A stretch of DNA of 64,000 nucleotides from an uncultured delta proteobacterium (GTDB taxonomy: Bacteria; Myxococcota_A; Polyangia; Polyangiales; Houyiibacteriaceae). The stretch spans positions 96,001 to 160,000 of the forward strand of contig CAVOVB010000002.1 of assembly GCA_963699755.1 (NCBI GenBank), written 5' to 3'. Of this stretch, positions 39,199-48,247 are shown piece after piece (position 1 is the stretch's first letter; every line of letters starts with the position of its first letter). The notes below the pieces were generated by a model. It ran no database searches, was not told the origin of the DNA, and saw only the letters and a program-made list of their open reading frames with translations. The translations under genes and the position numbers were made by a program.

Positions 39199-40217
39199 GC
39201 GCCTCTGCCGAAGAGCAAGAGGCAGCCCTGAAGCTTCTGAAGTTGCTCGGCGGCAAGTGGGTCGCAGCGGCTATCTCGGCCGCGGCCCAGCTCGGGATCG
39301 CCGAGGCCCTCGAAAACGGACCCATGGCTGATACCGAGCTCGCAACGAGGATCGGTTGTGACCAGGATGCGCTCAGCCGACTACTGGGCGCGCTTGCCGC
39401 GGAAGGCTTGCTCGAAACCGACGAGATGGGACGCTTTCGAACCACTGTGCTGGGCGCACAGCTTCGGCAGCGGGCACTCGGACCGCTTGCACGATACGTG
39501 GGTGCTCCGTTTTCCTGGTCGCCATGGCTCCGCCTCAAAGAGGCGGTGCAGACTGGGGAGGCGGCCTTCGAGATCGAGCATGGCCAGAAGCTGTTCGACT
39601 ATCTCGCTGACCACCCCGCGGAGTCGGAGATCTACAACGCCGGCGTGGACGCGTTCACACGGCATGACGCCCGGGCGCTCGCCACGGCGTTCGATTTTTC
39701 CGGCTTCGAAACCGTGGCCGACATCGGCGGGGGAATGGGAACGCTGTTGATCGAGCTTCTCCGAGGATGGCCTCATCTACGCGGAGTCCTTTTCGACAAG
39801 GAGCACGTCGTCTGTGCTGCCGAATCACGCTTGCGTGAAGCCGGGGTGCTCTCTCGCTGCAGCAGCCTAGCCGGTGATTTCTTCGTCGAGGTGCCCGCCG
39901 GCGTGGACCTCTACATCGTCAGGCACATCGTGCACAACTGGGGCGACGCCGAGGCAGCGCTGATTCTGCGGAACTGCGCAACCGCTCTTCGGCCCGGTGG
40001 CAAGGTCCTGGTCGTCGAGGGCATCGTTTTGCCGGGGCATCGCAAAGACACGACGCGGCTGCTCGACCTGGAGATGATGGTCCTGTCGGGAACGGGGCGG
40101 GAGCGAAGCAAACCAGAATTCCGGCGGCTCTTCAGTGAAGCCGGACTGCGCCTTGCGTCTACGATTCCGCTTGCAAGCACGGCCCGCTTGATCGTCGGTG
40201 AACCTCGACAAGGCTAG
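39195..40217 (+). CDS. SAM-dependent O-methyltransferase (Methyltransf_2 with dimerisation domain)
   Basis: DIGGGMG, GDFF, IVHNWGD, DLEMMV, GRERS; GTGA overlap with the halogenase. Confidence 0.9.
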   Translation: MSASAEEQEAALKLLKLLGGKWVAAAISAAAQLGIAEALENGPMADTELATRIGCDQDALSRLLGALAAEGLLETDEMGRFRTTVLGAQLRQRALGPLARYVGAPFSWSPWLRLKEAVQTGEAAFEIEHGQKLFDYLADHPAESEIYNAGVDAFTRHDARALATAFDFSGFETVADIGGGMGTLLIELLRGWPHLRGVLFDKEHVVCAAESRLREAGVLSRCSSLAGDFFVEVPAGVDLYIVRHIVHNWGDAEAALILRNCATALRPGGKVLVVEGIVLPGHRKDTTRLLDLEMMVLSGTGRERSKPEFRRLFSEAGLRLASTIPLASTARLIVGEPRQG

Positions 40218-40239
40218 ACCGATATGTGACAAAAGGCGC

Positions 40240-41529
40240 ATGTCACCTGGTCCCCGGCGAGGGGTTCGTATCGATGCGCTGCATCAATGCCTGCTCATCG
40301 TGCTCATCGCTGCAGAGCTCGGCGGCTGCGCCAACTTCCGGCGGCTCCGTAGGAATCTCGAGGAAATGGAGCGAACCGGCACCGTCTCGGGACGCGTGAA
40401 AGCCGGAGACTGGAAAGGCGGCCCCATCGACGTGTACTTGTTCGACGTGGACGAGCATGTCGGCAAGCCGGTCCGCATCAGCCAGTATCAGACGCTCAAG
40501 GAACCAGGGAAATACTCGTTCGGAGTGCGTCCGGGATACTACATGATCGGCGCGGCCGAGGACTTGAACGCTGACGGCGAGCTCAACCCGGGCGAGCCAC
40601 ATGCCGTCTACAACGACTTCGAGATCCTCAACATCGCTCCCAAGGGCAGGCGTTCCAGGTTGGACATGAAGCTCAGCGAAGAGCGGGCGCCGGCTCTGGA
40701 TCGGGTCGCGGCACAAGGCGTACCCGTGCGGTACGAGCTGCAGATGGGAGCGCTGGCAACGCTCGACGACCCGCGCTTCGACCCATCGAGCGGGCCACTC
40801 GGGATGTGGCAACCTCGCGATTTCTTCGATAAGTATGGCGCGGGCGTGTTCATGTTACAGGAGTACGCTGCGGGGAAGACGCCCGTACTGTTCATCCATG
40901 GCATGTCAGGGCACCCGCGCGAATTCACGACGCTGATCGAGGGGCTCGATCCCGCGCTCTATCAGGCCTGGGTCTTCCAGTACCCGAGCGGTGTTCGGAT
41001 CCAGTCCGCTGTGGACGCGCTTCAGAAGATCTTGGAATCCATGCATGCGAAACAGGGATTCGACCGGCTCTGCATCGTGGCCCACAGCATGGGCGGGCTC
41101 CTCGCCCATCAGCTCGTCCGCGACCAAGTCGACGCACACACCGACCGCTACGTCCGATTTCTCGCCACGATCGCCTCGCCACTCGGCGGGATTCCGAGCG
41201 CTGACACCGGGGTCCGAATGGCGCCCGAAGTCGTACCCGCCTGGCGCGATGTCGGGCCCAAAAGCGAATTCGTTCGGTTCCTCTTCGATAGGCCCTTCCC
41301 GCCCGACCTCGAGTACGTGCTCTACTTCGCGTTCGGAAGCAGCTCCAAGCGATCCAAGCAGGGAACGGACGGCACGGTGCTGGTCCGGGACGCGCTGCCT
41401 CGGCAAGCGCAGGATTGCGCAACGGTCGTTTCAGGGTTTGCGGAGACGCATGCGGGAATCCTCTGGAGCTCGGCCACGGTCGCGCAGCTCAACAAGGACT
41501 TGGCGGCGCTCTGCCTCGCCGACGACTGA
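40240..41529 (+). CDS. Lipoprotein alpha/beta hydrolase (lipase-like) with N-terminal DxNxDG domain
   Basis: Lipobox GGC; EDLNADGELNPGEP; FIHG, AHSMGG, DGTV, THAGIL; start uncertain. Confidence 0.8.
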   Translation: MSPGPRRGVRIDALHQCLLIVLIAAELGGCANFRRLRRNLEEMERTGTVSGRVKAGDWKGGPIDVYLFDVDEHVGKPVRISQYQTLKEPGKYSFGVRPGYYMIGAAEDLNADGELNPGEPHAVYNDFEILNIAPKGRRSRLDMKLSEERAPALDRVAAQGVPVRYELQMGALATLDDPRFDPSSGPLGMWQPRDFFDKYGAGVFMLQEYAAGKTPVLFIHGMSGHPREFTTLIEGLDPALYQAWVFQYPSGVRIQSAVDALQKILESMHAKQGFDRLCIVAHSMGGLLAHQLVRDQVDAHTDRYVRFLATIASPLGGIPSADTGVRMAPEVVPAWRDVGPKSEFVRFLFDRPFPPDLEYVLYFAFGSSSKRSKQGTDGTVLVRDALPRQAQDCATVVSGFAETHAGILWSSATVAQLNKDLAALCLADD

Positions 41530-41711
41530 GCCTGGTCCCCGGTTCTCGGCCGAGGCCTTGCGCTGTCGGCACGGAGCTCATACGTCGTGCCCTCGGCGAG
41601 GGTGATCTCGTCATCGAAGCTACTCCCAGTTGTCTCGGCCTGGGCCCTTGTAGACGAGCTGGCTTCGAATTCGGTCCTCGCTGCGACGGTTTCGTGTCAG
41701 TACTTGCGGAA

Positions 41712-42248
41712 ATGAGGGAGTCGAGGACAGCGCCTTCGCCCTGGGTCGAGCGTTTCGCACCGCTCGTTCGCCCCGGAGGGATGATCTTGGACCTCGCCTG
41801 TGGGAGTGGGCGCCACTCGCGATATTTGACATCACTCGGGTATCGGCTGGTGGCGGTGGACATCGACGTCTCCGGACTGGAGGACCTGAGAGGCGTGGAA
41901 ACCGTCGAAATCGTCGAGCTCGATCTGGAAGGCGGCGATTGGCCGCTCAGGGGGCGGGGCTTCGATGGCATCGTGGTGACCGATTACCTGCATCGTCCTC
42001 ATCTGCCGCTGCTGATAGACGCGCTCCGTCCCGAAGGCGTGCTGATCTACGAAACCTTCGCCAAAGGAAACGAGAAACACGGCCGCCCGAGCAACCCTGC
42101 GTTTCTTCTGGAGCCGGGTGAGCTGCTCGACGCGTACGCTGGCCGCCTGAGGGTCGTCGCTTACGAGCACGCCGCGGAAGCGCTGCCCAGGCCCGCAGTT
42201 CGCCAACGTATCTGCGCGGTCAATCTTGGCCGGCGGGCTGACCGGTAA
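41712..42248 (+). CDS. Class I SAM-dependent methyltransferase
   Basis: LDLACGSGRH, YLHRP, GVLIYETF, FLLEPGEL. Confidence 0.85.
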   Translation: MRESRTAPSPWVERFAPLVRPGGMILDLACGSGRHSRYLTSLGYRLVAVDIDVSGLEDLRGVETVEIVELDLEGGDWPLRGRGFDGIVVTDYLHRPHLPLLIDALRPEGVLIYETFAKGNEKHGRPSNPAFLLEPGELLDAYAGRLRVVAYEHAAEALPRPAVRQRICAVNLGRRADR

Positions 42249-42831
42249 GACAACGCAGCCGTCTCCACGACAAATCGATCTTGAACAAAGCCTTCGAGTC
42301 ATAGCGGACGCCGGCGAGGTTGACCCGGAGCCGGTCGTAGTGGGTTTGCAGGTCGGCGCTCCGAAGCTCGACGGTGCTCACGGTCAAATCGACGGTCGCC
42401 GATTCGAGCGCGGGATCGCCGCAGCGGCGCGTGAAATGGAGCACGTAGCCTTCGAACTCCGAGTTGGGAAAGACCCCCGGCCCACGCACGTTCGAGAAGT
42501 CGAAGATGATGCTTGGACCATCGACGTCAACCTCGATTTCGGGCATCGGGCTGTCGGCACACGGCGCCGCGAGTGCCTTCGTCTCATGGATGGAGAACTC
42601 GATTCCCGAACCGAGCTCGGCGATGGTGGGGCCCGTTGCGGCCCGCCCGCACCGGGTGGACTCACGATGCAATCGCACCGTCGATCCTTCGAGTGGTGCC
42701 GGGAGCTCCGCCGGAACGGTGCGCCCGGGCTCGTCGGCAACCAGGCCCGGGTCACCACATCCAGCGACCAAAGCGCATGTGAACAGCAATCGGGCGACGG
42801 GACCAGGGCGGGCTGGAGGGTTCTTCGACAT
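42220..42831 (-). CDS. Hypothetical lipoprotein
   Basis: Lipobox VAGC; beta-rich mature region; GGAGG upstream. Confidence 0.6.
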   Translation of the reverse strand: MSKNPPARPGPVARLLFTCALVAGCGDPGLVADEPGRTVPAELPAPLEGSTVRLHRESTRCGRAATGPTIAELGSGIEFSIHETKALAAPCADSPMPEIEVDVDGPSIIFDFSNVRGPGVFPNSEFEGYVLHFTRRCGDPALESATVDLTVSTVELRSADLQTHYDRLRVNLAGVRYDSKALFKIDLSWRRLRCLTGQPAGQD

Positions 42832-42971
42832 GCCTCGGCCTCCTGTGCAGCGATCGTGCCAGCTGCAAATTCCGCTTCTTGGTGAGCAACTGAATCGGCT
42901 TTTTCGTCGTCTTGCCGACGGGCGTCGTCACTTGCTGACGCTCATCGTCGAAAAGAGGGACGCTGGGCGGC

Positions 42972-43361
42972 TCAGCGGAACAGGCGACGCAGCGCCCAAA
43001 TGGCGACGCCGAAGGTAGCCGCGGCACCCAGGCCGAAGAGCAGCCGCGTAAGCGCGTCGTTGACCGAGGCTGGAATGAACGGGAGATAGCGCTCGACGGT
43101 CCCTTCGGGAGCATAGAAGGTGAGCCAACCCGTGAACGCGGCGATGCTGAGCAGAATGATCGTCATGCCCACGTCGGCGGCGCGATGGTCGCGCGCGAAC
43201 AGCATGAAGCCGAAGAGGACGGACGCCACGCCCGCGCCAAAGACGACCTCCCGCGGCGCCTCGAAGATGACGTAGTGCTCAGGCAGGAGGCCGAGCGAAG
43301 CCGCGCAGGCGGCGATTCCCCCCAACAGGCACAGCGATGCAACCAACTTCCCCACTGCCAA
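42972..43361 (-). CDS. Small hypothetical 4-TM membrane protein
   Basis: Four hydrophobic helices; start may be GTG 43355. Confidence 0.65.
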   Translation of the reverse strand: MAVGKLVASLCLLGGIAACAASLGLLPEHYVIFEAPREVVFGAGVASVLFGFMLFARDHRAADVGMTIILLSIAAFTGWLTFYAPEGTVERYLPFIPASVNDALTRLLFGLGAAATFGVAIWALRRLFR

Positions 43362-43375
43362 ACAGTGTAACCGAT

Positions 43376-43993
43376 CTAGTCGGCAGCTGCGCTACCCCAG
43401 TAGTTGTAGGAGAGGAAGCGAACGCCTGGAATGTACATCCGCTCGTCGACATCCACCCGAAAGCCGCTCGATTTCAGCAATTGTGGGATGTCCCGATTGA
43501 CGTTGCAGCCACCAGCGAGCTTGCGCCAGCCAGGGTTGATTCGGTTTTGCCATTTTCGAACAGCCTCATCTGGGGCTATTCCATGCTCGCAGAAGAGAAG
43601 CTTGCCGCCCGGGCGCAGGACGCGATGCATGCCCTGAAGCGCGCGCTGCACATCGGGAATCGTGCACAGCGTGTACGTGACCACAACCGAGTCGATGCTG
43701 TTGGTATCGAGCGGGATCTCTTCGCCAGGAAGGTCGATCACTTCGAGCTCGAGGTCGGCGCCGGAGAAGTTCTTGCGAGCGAGCTGACGCATCCCTGCCG
43801 AAGGCTCGAGGCCCCAAACCTTCCGAACCTTGCTGCGATCGTAGAAACCGAGATTCAAGCCGCTCCCCATGCCGATTTCGAGAACCTCGCCTTCGGCAAG
43901 CGGAACGATCTTCTGTCGCTGCTTCATGTTGGGCTTGGACGAGCAAGCCAGGTTGATGACCCGAGGGAGGATGTAGTGATCGTAGAAGCCCAT
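43376..43993 (-). CDS. Class I SAM-dependent methyltransferase (phospholipid N-methyltransferase-like)
   Basis: VLEIGMGSGLN, TLCTIPD, RVLRPGG, FCEHG. Confidence 0.88.
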   Translation of the reverse strand: MGFYDHYILPRVINLACSSKPNMKQRQKIVPLAEGEVLEIGMGSGLNLGFYDRSKVRKVWGLEPSAGMRQLARKNFSGADLELEVIDLPGEEIPLDTNSIDSVVVTYTLCTIPDVQRALQGMHRVLRPGGKLLFCEHGIAPDEAVRKWQNRINPGWRKLAGGCNVNRDIPQLLKSSGFRVDVDERMYIPGVRFLSYNYWGSAAAD

Positions 43994-44052
43994 CGCGGCG
44001 GATCTGTACCAGCTCTCGCAGCCCTGCGCCCGGACTGGGACGGTGCGAGCTC

Positions 44053-45075
44053 TCAGCTCGCCGAAGCGGGCGGAAACTTCACGTATTCTCCGACGAGCGT
44101 CTCGGCCAGCTCGCGGTTGGAAGGCCGGTTGCGGCCAATGCGGCCGCGGTCTTGGAGGTCAGCGCAGAGCGTGTCGAGCACCGTGTCCGCGTCCAAGTCG
44201 TCTTGGTGATTGCGCCAAACGTCGCGCTCTGCTTGATCGCGGAAACAGTAGGCCTTCCATGAGATCGAGAAGCGCATGTCGTCCCATCGATAGCGACCGA
44301 TTTCCTCTTCGCCATCGCGCACGACCCACTCGCCGTCGCCCTCGGCGACAAGCCGCATGCGAGGCAAGAACGTTGGAATGGGCCCGTCGATTTCCATGAC
44401 GCGATCGACACCATGGAAGACGCTGTCCGTGTCCATGATGACCGCCGTATTGAAGTGCACGTCACGAGCTCGAGCCGGACGGTCGATGCCATCCGGATAA
44501 AAGGCGAACTCGCCGCCCTTGCTGTCCTGGTACCAAGAAACCGATGTGGCGATGGGCATTCGGTACTCGTCGAAGAGACCGGAATGGTGCGCGACGACGA
44601 TCAGCCATTGCGGGTGAAGCTTGCGATTGAGGCCACGAAACTCGGGGACATCGGTATGGACGGCCAACTCCTGTCCCGGAAGCAAGATGTTCGCGTAAAC
44701 GATAGCGGGTTCGACGATGGGGCGATCGAAGATTCCCCTGGCCGCCTCGACCAGGCGCTGATTCCGATAGAGCGGCTCGATGCCAGGCGCAAAAATCTGG
44801 TCGCCGTACGCATAGGTCTCGCGGAAGTAGTTTGTCCGAGCAACGAGCGTTCCGAGGTCGGTATCGCGAAGCCCCAGGCGGCCGCCCGTACGCAGGAAAT
44901 TGAAGGCGGCGTCGAAGCGCTGAGGGAGCCCTTCGCCGATCCCCTCGTTGAGACCCTCCTCGGAGTACATGCCATAGCTGCCGAAGTCCTCGCAGAGCTG
45001 AACCATCGCGCGCGCCTGCACCTCATCGAGGAAGGGATCGAGCTCGAAATAGCGATTGAAGAAGTGGCTCTGCAT
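44053..45075 (-). CDS. Hypothetical 2OG-Fe(II)/DSBH-like protein
   Basis: HTDVPEFRG (HxD), distal VFHGV, RFSISWK. Confidence 0.65.
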   Translation of the reverse strand: MQSHFFNRYFELDPFLDEVQARAMVQLCEDFGSYGMYSEEGLNEGIGEGLPQRFDAAFNFLRTGGRLGLRDTDLGTLVARTNYFRETYAYGDQIFAPGIEPLYRNQRLVEAARGIFDRPIVEPAIVYANILLPGQELAVHTDVPEFRGLNRKLHPQWLIVVAHHSGLFDEYRMPIATSVSWYQDSKGGEFAFYPDGIDRPARARDVHFNTAVIMDTDSVFHGVDRVMEIDGPIPTFLPRMRLVAEGDGEWVVRDGEEEIGRYRWDDMRFSISWKAYCFRDQAERDVWRNHQDDLDADTVLDTLCADLQDRGRIGRNRPSNRELAETLVGEYVKFPPASAS

Positions 45076-45106
45076 GGGAGCGGCCGACGTGGCGGTTTCG
45101 GTTGCG

Positions 45107-45115
45107 ATTCTACCA
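45107..45115 (-). promoter_or_regulatory. Extended -10 element candidate
   Basis: Minus strand TGGTAGAAT about 31 nt upstream of ATG 45075. Confidence 0.4.
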
Positions 45116-45261
45116 TGATGCCTCGCTCGCGAAAGTCTCGACCCCCTGAGAAAGCGGGCTCTGGCTCGTCTGGGGCGATCATCGCGATGGCAAAACCTCG
45201 CAGAGCACATTACAAGGGGACCGGCGGCCGCGACGGACAAGCACGCCCGAGGAGGAGCCTC

Positions 45262-45657
45262 ATGAAGCAGATCCCCAAATCCCACGCCGACATCCTGGGC
45301 AAGCCCGCGTTTGCGCACCTGTCGACGATCATGTCGGATGGCAGCCCTCAGGCCAGTGCAGTCTGGATTGACACCGACGGGCCATCAATCCTGGTCAACT
45401 CGGCCGAAGGGCGGCTCAAGGACCGCAACATACGGCGCGACCCAAGGGTCGCCATCTCAGTGACTGACCCGGACAATCCCTACCGCTCGCTCATGATACG
45501 GGGCCGCGTTGCGAAAATCACGAACGAAGGCGCGGACGAACACATCGATCGAATGGCGAAGAAGTACATGGGCGTCGACGCCTATCCATTCCGTCAGCCT
45601 GGCGAGGTGCGCGTGCTCTACTACATCGAGCCAGAGCGAGTCGCGGTCATGGGCTGA
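45262..45657 (+). CDS. PPOX-class split-barrel (putative F420/flavin-binding) oxidoreductase
   Basis: AHLSTIMSDGSPQASAVW, KDRNIRRDPRV; GAGGAGG SD. Confidence 0.88.
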   Translation: MKQIPKSHADILGKPAFAHLSTIMSDGSPQASAVWIDTDGPSILVNSAEGRLKDRNIRRDPRVAISVTDPDNPYRSLMIRGRVAKITNEGADEHIDRMAKKYMGVDAYPFRQPGEVRVLYYIEPERVAVMG

Positions 45658-45671
45658 GGCAAAAGGCTCCC

Positions 45672-46211
45672 TCAGTTTCGGGGAAGCTCTGCCCAGAAGA
45701 CACCCCGGAAGTCGCCGGCCGCATAGCCAACGGCCTGGTCATTCGGGTAAAGCTCACTGAGCTTCGCCTGCAGATCGGGGGCCAAGGTGGCGCCATGACA
45801 GGTCACGCAGAGCGGCTGCATGAAGATCGGCTCGAGGTAACCGACGGTGTTTTCGTCGATCGCGACCACGGCCGGTTCTCTGCGATCGGGGTCCATCTGA
45901 TAGAGGTCTAGGGTCGCCTGCATCCAGGGCTTCGCTGCATTGCTCGGATTGCGAAGCTTCCCGCTCGTCCGGCCAACCCTGACACCGCCCGTGCTCTCTT
46001 GCTCTGCGAGCTTGGGCGCCTGGACGCGACAGACGGAAATCGCTGCCACGGGCCCACCCTCCAGCCCGGCTACGAGGGCGCCTTTCAGGCTTTTCTTGAA
46101 TGGAAGCACGGCTTCGGCACCCGCGGCCTTCCACTTTGCTTGGTCGAGCTCGGCGCGTTTGCAGGCTGAAAGGGCCGCCAGAAGCGACAGTACAATGGCC
46201 ACACGCAGCAT
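45672..46211 (-). CDS. DUF3365 c-type cytochrome lipoprotein
   Basis: Lipobox LSAC; RNPSN, CVTCH, YPNDQAVGY..GDFRG. Confidence 0.85.
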   Translation of the reverse strand: MLRVAIVLSLLAALSACKRAELDQAKWKAAGAEAVLPFKKSLKGALVAGLEGGPVAAISVCRVQAPKLAEQESTGGVRVGRTSGKLRNPSNAAKPWMQATLDLYQMDPDRREPAVVAIDENTVGYLEPIFMQPLCVTCHGATLAPDLQAKLSELYPNDQAVGYAAGDFRGVFWAELPRN

Positions 46212-46296
46212 GGAGCATGGTTTGCCGCGGACGGTGGTCTCGATCAAGCCGCCGCAGAAGCGTGCCCGGCACCCATGGCTACGTTAGGATGTTCCC

Positions 46297-46962
46297 ATGC
46301 GATTCTGCTGCCTCGGGCTCTTCCTGACCCTTCTGGCGATCTGGCCGGCGAGCGCGCGCGCCCATTTGGGTTTGAACACGCCGGCGTCGCGATACGGGCC
46401 CAAGGTCCTCAAGACGGGGCCGTGCGGGGTCGCCGGCGGGGAGCGGAGCATGAACGTCACCACCTACGAACCGGGCGAGACGATCGAAGTGAGCTGGGAC
46501 GAATACGTCGACCATCCGGGACACTACCGAATCGCCTTCGACGATGACGGTGACGACGACTTCGTGGACCCAGCCGACATCTTGGAGCGCGACTCCAGCC
46601 CCACGGTGCTGCTCGATGGCATCACCGACAAGGGTCAGGGCGAGCGTGACTACCTCGTGACCGTCACTCTTCCGGACGTCAGCTGCGACAATTGCACGCT
46701 CCAGGTGATTCAGGTGATGTACGACAAACCGCCCTACACCACACCAGGCAATGACATCTACTACCAGTGCGCAGACCTGGTGCTCCGCAAAGGCGGAGCG
46801 TTGCCCGACGCAGGGATCGATGCTGGCACAGACACTGGCATCGACGCTGGGGGTGGAGGCTGCAGCGCTGCGAATCGACCCCTTGGCGAGGCCGGCCTGC
46901 TGCCGATCTTCGTGCTTCTTCTCCTCAGACGTGTTGCCCGGCGGCAACGCTTGCCCATATAG
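46297..46962 (+). CDS. LPMO-like (SCE4755 family) protein with MYXO-CTERM-like anchor
   Basis: Signal ASARA followed by His1; KTGPCG, DHPGHYRI, CDNCTLQVIQ, YYQCADL; C-terminal GGGGCS-hydrophobic-RR. Confidence 0.85.
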   Translation: MRFCCLGLFLTLLAIWPASARAHLGLNTPASRYGPKVLKTGPCGVAGGERSMNVTTYEPGETIEVSWDEYVDHPGHYRIAFDDDGDDDFVDPADILERDSSPTVLLDGITDKGQGERDYLVTVTLPDVSCDNCTLQVIQVMYDKPPYTTPGNDIYYQCADLVLRKGGALPDAGIDAGTDTGIDAGGGGCSAANRPLGEAGLLPIFVLLLLRRVARRQRLPI

Positions 46963-46971
46963 AAAGGCGTC

Positions 46972-47835
46972 ATGCGCATCGCTGACTTGTACACGGCTGA
47001 CGACGGCCCGGTTCTCTCACTCGAGTTCTTCACCCCGAACGACGATGAGGGGCGGAAAGCCCTGTTTCGGGCAGTCGAACGCCTCCAGGCGATCAAGCCG
47101 GGTTTCGTCTCCATCACCTGCGGGGCCGCAGGCTCCACGCGTGAGCGGACCGCCGACCTGGCGATCGCGCTGCAGAGGGAGTTCGGGCTCACCGCGATGG
47201 CCCACCTCGTGTGCACCGGAACGACGCAGTCCGAGCTTGATGAAACGCTGCGCCACATGCAGGCAAACGGCATCGAAAACATCTTGGCCTTGCGCGGCGA
47301 CCCACCGAAAGGCGCAAGCAACTGGACCCCCGTCGAAGGTGGATTCTCTCATGCCAACGAGCTCGCGGCATTCGTCCGCGAGCGATTTTCTTTCGGACTG
47401 GGCGGCGCCTGCTATCCCGAGAAGCACCATGAAGCGTCGAGCCTCGCCTCAGACGTCCGGAATCTCAAGCTCAAGGTAGAGGCAGGCGCCGAGTTCCTGA
47501 TCACGCAGCTTTTCTTCGACAACGAGAAGTACTGGAGCTTCGTCGAGCTGCTCCGCGCGGAGGGCATCGATGTGCCGGTCGTCCCCGGGATCATGCCGGT
47601 GCTGAACCTCACCAACCTGCAGCGCATCGCTTCGCTGTCACCAGGCACCACCATTCCGGTCGAGCTCGAACACGCGCTCCGCGAAGCAGGTGGAGACGAC
47701 GAAGCAGCACTGCGAGCCGGCACGGGCTTCGCCGCGAAGCAGTGCCGCGACCTGCTCTCGAAGGGCGCCCCCGGAATCCATTTCTACACGCTCAATCGCT
47801 CCAAGCCCACACTGCAAACAGTCGCACAGCTCTAG
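46972..47835 (+). CDS. metF: 5,10-methylenetetrahydrofolate reductase
   Basis: SLEFF, AHL, LRGDPP, YPEKH, ITQLFFD, HFYTLN. Confidence 0.95.
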   Translation: MRIADLYTADDGPVLSLEFFTPNDDEGRKALFRAVERLQAIKPGFVSITCGAAGSTRERTADLAIALQREFGLTAMAHLVCTGTTQSELDETLRHMQANGIENILALRGDPPKGASNWTPVEGGFSHANELAAFVRERFSFGLGGACYPEKHHEASSLASDVRNLKLKVEAGAEFLITQLFFDNEKYWSFVELLRAEGIDVPVVPGIMPVLNLTNLQRIASLSPGTTIPVELEHALREAGGDDEAALRAGTGFAAKQCRDLLSKGAPGIHFYTLNRSKPTLQTVAQL

Positions 47836-47869
47836 CGCGCTGACGCCGGCTTGGTCGCAATCTCCGCCC

Positions 47870-48232
47870 CTAGACGCCCCGAATCAGCGCCATCGAGACC
47901 CCGGCCCCCATCATCAATAGGCCGACGCAGATCACGAGGAAGCCAAACCCTCCGACGTAGCACCAGGCCATGACGCTCGCTCGTTCCTCGGGGCGGAGGC
48001 AGGAATTGAAGCGGAGGGGTCTCCAGTACCATCGGGGCGGGAGCTCTCCTCGTGGGTGCAGCACCTGGTAGAGGCGGACGTGGTAGAGAAAACCGGTCGG
48101 GACGCCGAGCAACAGACCCGCTGCGACGAGCCATATTCCATCGTAGTAGAGCGTTTCCCAGGCTGAGAGCCAGACCCCACTCAGCAAGCACATGAGGGCG
48201 CTGATCGCAGCGACGATGCCGAGCTCACGCAT
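47870..48232 (-). CDS. Small hypothetical membrane protein
   Basis: Three hydrophobic segments; follows the GH31 gene on the same strand. Confidence 0.65.
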   Translation of the reverse strand: MRELGIVAAISALMCLLSGVWLSAWETLYYDGIWLVAAGLLLGVPTGFLYHVRLYQVLHPRGELPPRWYWRPLRFNSCLRPEERASVMAWCYVGGFGFLVICVGLLMMGAGVSMALIRGV

Positions 48233-48247
48233 GGCTCGTCATTCGTC

